DNA of 63,823 nt, the filler included, from an uncultured Rhodopirellula sp. (GTDB lineage: Bacteria > Planctomycetota > Planctomycetia > Pirellulales > Pirellulaceae): assembly GCA_964007735.1 (NCBI GenBank). It is 3 parts of 3 records of this genome, joined end to end, with 100 filler letters (N's around TTAATTAATTAA, not from the genome) between each part and the next. Parts side by side here need not be neighbours in the genome. Positions count along the whole stretch, not along the records: positions 43,956 to 63,823 come from CAXGAI010000065.1; 2 more parts are not named here. One strand, written 5' to 3'. The notes beneath the pieces are model-generated. The model ran no database searches. It had not been told where the DNA came from and saw nothing but the letters and a program-made list of their open reading frames with translations. Numbering within the stretch: the stretch's first letter is position 1; each line of letters starts with the position of its first letter. Below, piece after piece: positions 59,155-63,823 of this stretch. A program made the translations under genes and the position numbers.

Positions 59155-60423
59155 ATGCGACATTCTATAGCAAGACGTCGGTTTCTATCGGCTGCCGGCG
59201 TTTCCATTGCACTTCCAATGTTGGAGTCCATGGTTCCGATTGCCCACGCGGATCAATCGAAACCGGTAAAACGGTTTGTTTGCATGTCTAATAATTACGG
59301 TGTTTATCGAGAGGGATTCTTCCCTGAAGCAGACGATGTGGGACCAGGCTACGAAATCCCGGAAACACTAAAACCACTGGCAGCCCATCGTAATGACTTC
59401 ACGGTGTTTTCAAATCTTGACCATGGCAACACCATTGGTCATCAGGGCGTGCCGGTATTGTTGAGTGGCGTTCGGCCTCATCTGGCTTCCTATTATCAGG
59501 AAGGAAATATTAGCGTTGATCAAAAGATTGCAGAGTATGAAGGAGCGAATACTCGATTTCCTTCAATGACTGTAAGAGTCAATGAATCTAATCTTGTTAG
59601 CTTTACTCGTACCGGAGTCCAAGTTCCCGATATCGACTTGCGAGGAATGTTTCGGGCTTTATTTATTGAAGATCCGGCCGAGAAGAAAGCTACGGCGGCA
59701 GAAAAGTTAAAGCGTCAAAATAGCATCTTAGACGTTGTTATGGATAAGGCGAAGGATGTCGAAAAAGATCTTAGTAAACGTGATCAGCGGAAGTTTGCCG
59801 AATATCTGGAAGCCGTTCGAAGTCTGGAAAAGAAACTCGAGTTGCAGGAACCGTGGTTAGATCGTCCGAAACCAAAGACCGACGTGCCGGAACCTCAGCA
59901 AGGTAAAGGGACGGAAGCTGATTTGAGAGCGATGGTTGAGTTGATGGCATTGGCGATTCAAACCGACTCAACACGTGCAATTACTCTTAGTTCGGGATTT
60001 GTTAATGGTGACTTTGGGCTTAGCGGTGGTTATCACGGTTTCTCACATCATGGAAACCGTGCCGACCATATTGATGCATTAAAGAAAATTGAAAACAACA
60101 TTATGCGTCAGATGGCACATCTGATTGAATTGCTGAAGGCACAGGAAGACATGATCAATGGTGGCACATTATTAGACCACACGACCGTCATGTTTGGATG
60201 TGGGATGGCCACCGGGCCGCATTCAACGAAAAATTTGCCTTTGGTCGTAGCGGGCGGTGGTTTCAAGCATGGGGAACATAAAGTTTATCCCGACCCGGAA
60301 TCAGCGCACCGAATTCCGGCGGCCAATCTGCTGCTTTCTATTCTCCAGAATCATGGATTGGAAGTGGAGCGTTTTGGTACCAGTTCCGGTACCTTAACCA
60401 ATTTTGAGTGGAACCAGGCTTAA
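59155..60423 (+). CDS. DUF1552 (HXXSHH) domain protein, Tat-exported
   Basis: ARRRFL, LPMLESM, SVDQKIA, YHGFSHH, TLLDHT, NLPLVVAGG; TATAAT at 59099-59104 upstream. Confidence 0.94.
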   Translation: MRHSIARRRFLSAAGVSIALPMLESMVPIAHADQSKPVKRFVCMSNNYGVYREGFFPEADDVGPGYEIPETLKPLAAHRNDFTVFSNLDHGNTIGHQGVPVLLSGVRPHLASYYQEGNISVDQKIAEYEGANTRFPSMTVRVNESNLVSFTRTGVQVPDIDLRGMFRALFIEDPAEKKATAAEKLKRQNSILDVVMDKAKDVEKDLSKRDQRKFAEYLEAVRSLEKKLELQEPWLDRPKPKTDVPEPQQGKGTEADLRAMVELMALAIQTDSTRAITLSSGFVNGDFGLSGGYHGFSHHGNRADHIDALKKIENNIMRQMAHLIELLKAQEDMINGGTLLDHTTVMFGCGMATGPHSTKNLPLVVAGGGFKHGEHKVYPDPESAHRIPAANLLLSILQNHGLEVERFGTSSGTLTNFEWNQA

Positions 60424-63400
60424 TGAGTCCGATTCGACAACAGCTGATCGGTGTATGCGCGCTCACGATTGTGATGATCATCACGAGTTCGCTCTTGGGA
60501 GCGGTAAAAGGAGAGCCTTTTGATTCGGTAAAACCGTTTCTGAAAAAATACTGTACTGAATGCCATGGGGCAGAAGTGCAGGAGAACAGCAAGAGGTTCG
60601 ACAATCTCAAGTCGGACCTTAATGATCTCGAGACGTTGCAGTTGTGGCAGGGTATCGTCGATCAATTGAATCTGGGAGATATGCCTCCGAAGGATTCATT
60701 GCAACCGACGGATCAGGAAATAGCTGATGTTGTTAAGCATTTAACAGTACCACTTCAGGAAGCCTATGCGTCTCTTAAGAGTACGAATGGGCAAACGGTG
60801 AGTCGGCGTCTTAATCGATTTGAATTACGTAATACGGTTCGAGATTTACTGTATATCAATGACCCTGAGTTGCGTATTGGGAACAAACCTCGCCTGATCG
60901 ACAATAACGGTAACGGGCGCGTTGAGAATACCAGCACGGATCCTTTTCGGGCTTTCCCCGGCGATGAGACCGAAGAAGGATTTGATAATATCGGTAACCG
61001 CCTGGTGATGTCAGATTTTTTACTTCGCTTAATGTTTGATGCTGCGGAGGAGAGTTTGGCACTAGCGACCTATACAGGGACGAAACCAGAGATTCCTGTG
61101 CGGGATTACAAAGGGGTTTTACTACGGACACATCGTAAAGATCTTCCACGTCTGGCCGGTGAGATCGATCCGGAGGTTGATACTCTGTTTTTCCGTGAAA
61201 TGGTAACCCCTGATGAACTACGTGGAGGTATGAAAAGTTCTGCGAAATACCGGCTGACAGTCCAATTGTCGGCTCATAATCAACAACATGATTGGGGAGA
61301 GATTCTTCCGACAGATCAAAGTCAACCGATGCTGGTTCATTTGAGACTGTTTAAACGCGGGACAAGGGACGACCATATTTCGTTGGAACGAGTGTCCCTT
61401 CCAGGCAATGGTCAAACGAAAACCGTATCGATCGAAACCTGGATTGATAAGGACTGGCTACCGCAAATTATATGGGAAAATGGTCCAACAGATCGCGAGG
61501 CCCGTGCCGACCTGTTAGCCAGAACATATCTCCCGGACGTTTACCGCGCTCCTCCGGATCGCAAGGTACTGACGGATAAGCAGGCGTTCGATAAGGCTCA
61601 AAAGGCGTGGTTATTAGCGATGCATGAAGGGGTCGTCCGTAATTATCAGGGCCCGACGGTACAGATCCATTCCTTGAAAATTGAGCCGATACTAGACCAG
61701 TGGCCACCGAAAAGCCATCACGAATTGTATGGGACTGAGGAGTTTGGTAATGCTGAGATTGAGGCATTACTTCTTAAATTTGCAGAGCGTGCGTTCCGTC
61801 GACCTGTTACCAAAGAAGAAGTGCAGCCGTATATAGATTTGGTGATGGCGAAATTAGAGACTGGCCCCGAAATACCTGAAGGTGGTATTCAGGATCTGGC
61901 CTTCAAAGTCTATGACGGCAAGTGGACCAAGTTGCCCCAGTTTGACGACTTGAAACCTCTTAAGTCAGGGCCGTTAGTGCAAGGGCTTGTCGACATACGA
62001 ATTGCAGAAAAGAACGAGCACTATGGGGTTGTTTTTGAAGGTGTTCTTGAGGTTAAGCAATCCGCTCAATATGAATTCAAGTTAGCTTCAGATGATGGTG
62101 CCAGGATTATTATTGATGGCCAGCGAGTGGTCGATCATGATGGCCTGCACGGGGCATCAACAAAGACTGGAAAGATAATGCTTGCCAAAGGCCAGCGGAA
62201 AATCAGAGTCGAGTATTTTGCCTATGGTCAGCCTAATAGCTTGCAAGCCTTTTGGAGTGGGCCAGGATTTGTAGATGCTCCGCTGGCAGTCGGGTCTCAA
62301 AGCAACGCTCCAGTTGTAGTGGATGAAGACACACTGGCAGGCATTAAAGCAATCCAGATGGGATACACCGCGATATTATGTTCTCCGGATTTTTTGTATC
62401 TCAAAGAGCAGAAAGAGCAGTTAACAGATTATGAAATTGCCAATCGGCTGAGTTATTTTCTTTGGTCTTCCATGCCGGATGCAACCCTCTTAGCGTTGGC
62501 GAAAACTAAGAAGCTTCATAATCATCGCGTGCTTCAGGCTCAGGTTGATCGTATGCTGGCTGACCCACGTTCCAAAGCATTTGTTCATCATTTCACCGAA
62601 CGTTGGTTGAGATTGGATAAGATTTCCGAAAGTCCGCCGGAATTAAATGGTCCATTTCGAGTCTATTGGGATCGGCGGATGGAACCACAGGTGATTGCAC
62701 AAACCAATGAGTACTTCGGAGACTTGTTGTACCAAAATGGACCAATCCGGCTGCTTGTCGAATCAGACTATACATTTATGAACGAACAAATTGCCTCGGT
62801 TTTTTATAATCGCAGCGATGTGAAAGGGGATTACTTACGCAGGGTAGCCACGAATGATCCGCGCCGCGGAGGTGTATTGACGATGCCGAGTGTTATGACA
62901 TCCACGGCCAATGGTGTTGATACTTCGCCGATTGTTCGTGGAGTATGGGTTCTGGAGAATATTTTAGGAACGCCGCCTGCTGCCCCACCGCCTGATGTGG
63001 AGCCACTGTCTCCGGATTTGAGTGAAGCGAAGACTATCCGCGAGCAATTAGAGATCCATCGCGAACAGACGACTTGTAATAGTTGTCATCGAAAAATAGA
63101 TCCACTGGGATTTGCATTTGAGAACTTCGATCCGATTGGACGCTGGAGGGATCGATATCGAGTGGGAGGAGCAATCGATCCATCAACAACGCTCGCCAAC
63201 GGTGAAGAACTAGCGGACATCGTTGAGCTTAAGGCGATATTGGTCGAGGATGAATCAAGAATCGTACGCGGCCTAACGCGGAAACTCCTCGCTTATTCAA
63301 GTGGCCGACTCCTAGAGCCATTTGATCGTGGAGAGGTTGAAGAAGTTGTTGCGACACTCGCCAAGTCCGGAAATCATCTGCGAGATTTGATCAAGCTGAT

Positions 63401-63431
63401 AGTAACCAGCGATGTGTTCCTGACCAAGTGA
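60423..63431 (+). CDS. Planctomycete cytochrome c / DUF1587-1595-1592-1588-1585 protein with inserted PA14 domain
   Basis: CTECH and CNSCH haem motifs, MPP, RRLNRFELRNT, AFRRP, LASDDGA (PA14), RLSYFLWSSMPD; TAATG coupling with DUF1552. Confidence 0.93.
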   Translation: MSPIRQQLIGVCALTIVMIITSSLLGAVKGEPFDSVKPFLKKYCTECHGAEVQENSKRFDNLKSDLNDLETLQLWQGIVDQLNLGDMPPKDSLQPTDQEIADVVKHLTVPLQEAYASLKSTNGQTVSRRLNRFELRNTVRDLLYINDPELRIGNKPRLIDNNGNGRVENTSTDPFRAFPGDETEEGFDNIGNRLVMSDFLLRLMFDAAEESLALATYTGTKPEIPVRDYKGVLLRTHRKDLPRLAGEIDPEVDTLFFREMVTPDELRGGMKSSAKYRLTVQLSAHNQQHDWGEILPTDQSQPMLVHLRLFKRGTRDDHISLERVSLPGNGQTKTVSIETWIDKDWLPQIIWENGPTDREARADLLARTYLPDVYRAPPDRKVLTDKQAFDKAQKAWLLAMHEGVVRNYQGPTVQIHSLKIEPILDQWPPKSHHELYGTEEFGNAEIEALLLKFAERAFRRPVTKEEVQPYIDLVMAKLETGPEIPEGGIQDLAFKVYDGKWTKLPQFDDLKPLKSGPLVQGLVDIRIAEKNEHYGVVFEGVLEVKQSAQYEFKLASDDGARIIIDGQRVVDHDGLHGASTKTGKIMLAKGQRKIRVEYFAYGQPNSLQAFWSGPGFVDAPLAVGSQSNAPVVVDEDTLAGIKAIQMGYTAILCSPDFLYLKEQKEQLTDYEIANRLSYFLWSSMPDATLLALAKTKKLHNHRVLQAQVDRMLADPRSKAFVHHFTERWLRLDKISESPPELNGPFRVYWDRRMEPQVIAQTNEYFGDLLYQNGPIRLLVESDYTFMNEQIASVFYNRSDVKGDYLRRVATNDPRRGGVLTMPSVMTSTANGVDTSPIVRGVWVLENILGTPPAAPPPDVEPLSPDLSEAKTIREQLEIHREQTTCNSCHRKIDPLGFAFENFDPIGRWRDRYRVGGAIDPSTTLANGEELADIVELKAILVEDESRIVRGLTRKLLAYSSGRLLEPFDRGEVEEVVATLAKSGNHLRDLIKLIVTSDVFLTK

Positions 63432-63463
63432 CAGTTTCATTTGGCGCATCCTCGCTCATCTGA

Positions 63464-63619
63464 TTAACGCCCGAAAGCGTCATAGTTAATGGGGGCACCA
63501 TCTCGCCGGTCACCCAAACGTTGATACAGGATGTAGTCAATCGACGTCGAAAGAAACTGTACAGAACCGTCAACGAACACAAACTCTGCTCCCCCCTTGT
63601 GACGTGATTTAAATCCCTG
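63464..63619 (-). pseudogene. DUF1559 (H-X9-DG) C-terminal remnant
   Basis: Manual translation [51 protein letters not shown]; in-frame TGA at 63626-63628 immediately upstream, so the gene body is missing. Confidence 0.8.
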
Positions 63620-63667
63620 CCTATATCAAGTCTTATCTTGGCATCCTTGATATCTTTTTCGATCATT

Positions 63668-63823
63668 TTAGCAAGTTCATCGTTGCCTTCACCGTCGCGC
63701 AAAACGACAAAAGCCTTGACGATAAAACCGCGTTCTTCGTCGGGGCTGGCAACCACGCCACACTCCGCGACCCTGTCGTGTTCGAGGAGCACCTCCTCGA
63801 CCTCGGCAGCGGATATGTTGTAG
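63668..63823 (-). pseudogene. Acyl/aryl-CoA ligase (AMP-binding C-terminal) fragment
   Basis: YNISAAEVEEVLLEHDRVAECGVVASPDEERGFIVKAFVVLRDG; similarity stops after DELAK, before the expected YKxP/GK end of the domain. Confidence 0.7.

Noticed and set aside
63391..63792. Single 133-aa CDS
   Set aside because: It reads through unrelated segments and overlaps the DUF1592 gene end; better explained as a mosaic of fragments.

Overview
Bacterial genomic DNA, very probably a marine planctomycete (Pirellulales-like): DUF1501, DUF1552/DUF1592, a DUF1559 remnant, sulfatases and three PQQ-like beta-propellers. The window is three contigs joined by artificial 100-bp spacers (44 N + TTAATTAATTAA + 44 N at 22079-22178 and 43856-43955), so gene order across the spacers means nothing. 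Contig 1 (1-22078) is accessory-type. It has a HEAT/Gfo/FG-GAP operon, a renalase-like flavoprotein, a RoxA-like dihaem cytochrome and a porin. Its two most notable parts are (a) a translationally coupled six-gene operon (10908-16069) in which two COG0523 zinc-metallochaperone GTPases bracket a Cys-tailed flavoprotein, a small membrane protein and two tandem paralogues of an unknown 'WCWGRD-RPEGN' family, behind tandem TGCAA-N5-TTGCA boxes, and (b) a cluster of unannotated minus-strand structured RNA-like units with related terminator stems (5798-6345 and 8385-8570). Contig 2 (22179-43855) starts in a truncated tRNA-Cys and holds housekeeping genes (uvrB, nadC, typA), an sxtI/J/K-like carbamoyltransferase triad, an ECF sigma/anti-sigma pair and sugar-acid catabolism genes. 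Contig 3 (43956-63823) holds a partial RTX protein, a secreted sulfatase / ADP-ribosylglycohydrolase-fold / GH127-like cluster, ggt and a DUF1552-DUF1592 pair, and ends in an apparent three-part sequence mosaic. No CRISPR array, rRNA, transposase or integrase was seen. All family calls come from motifs read by eye, not from database searches.
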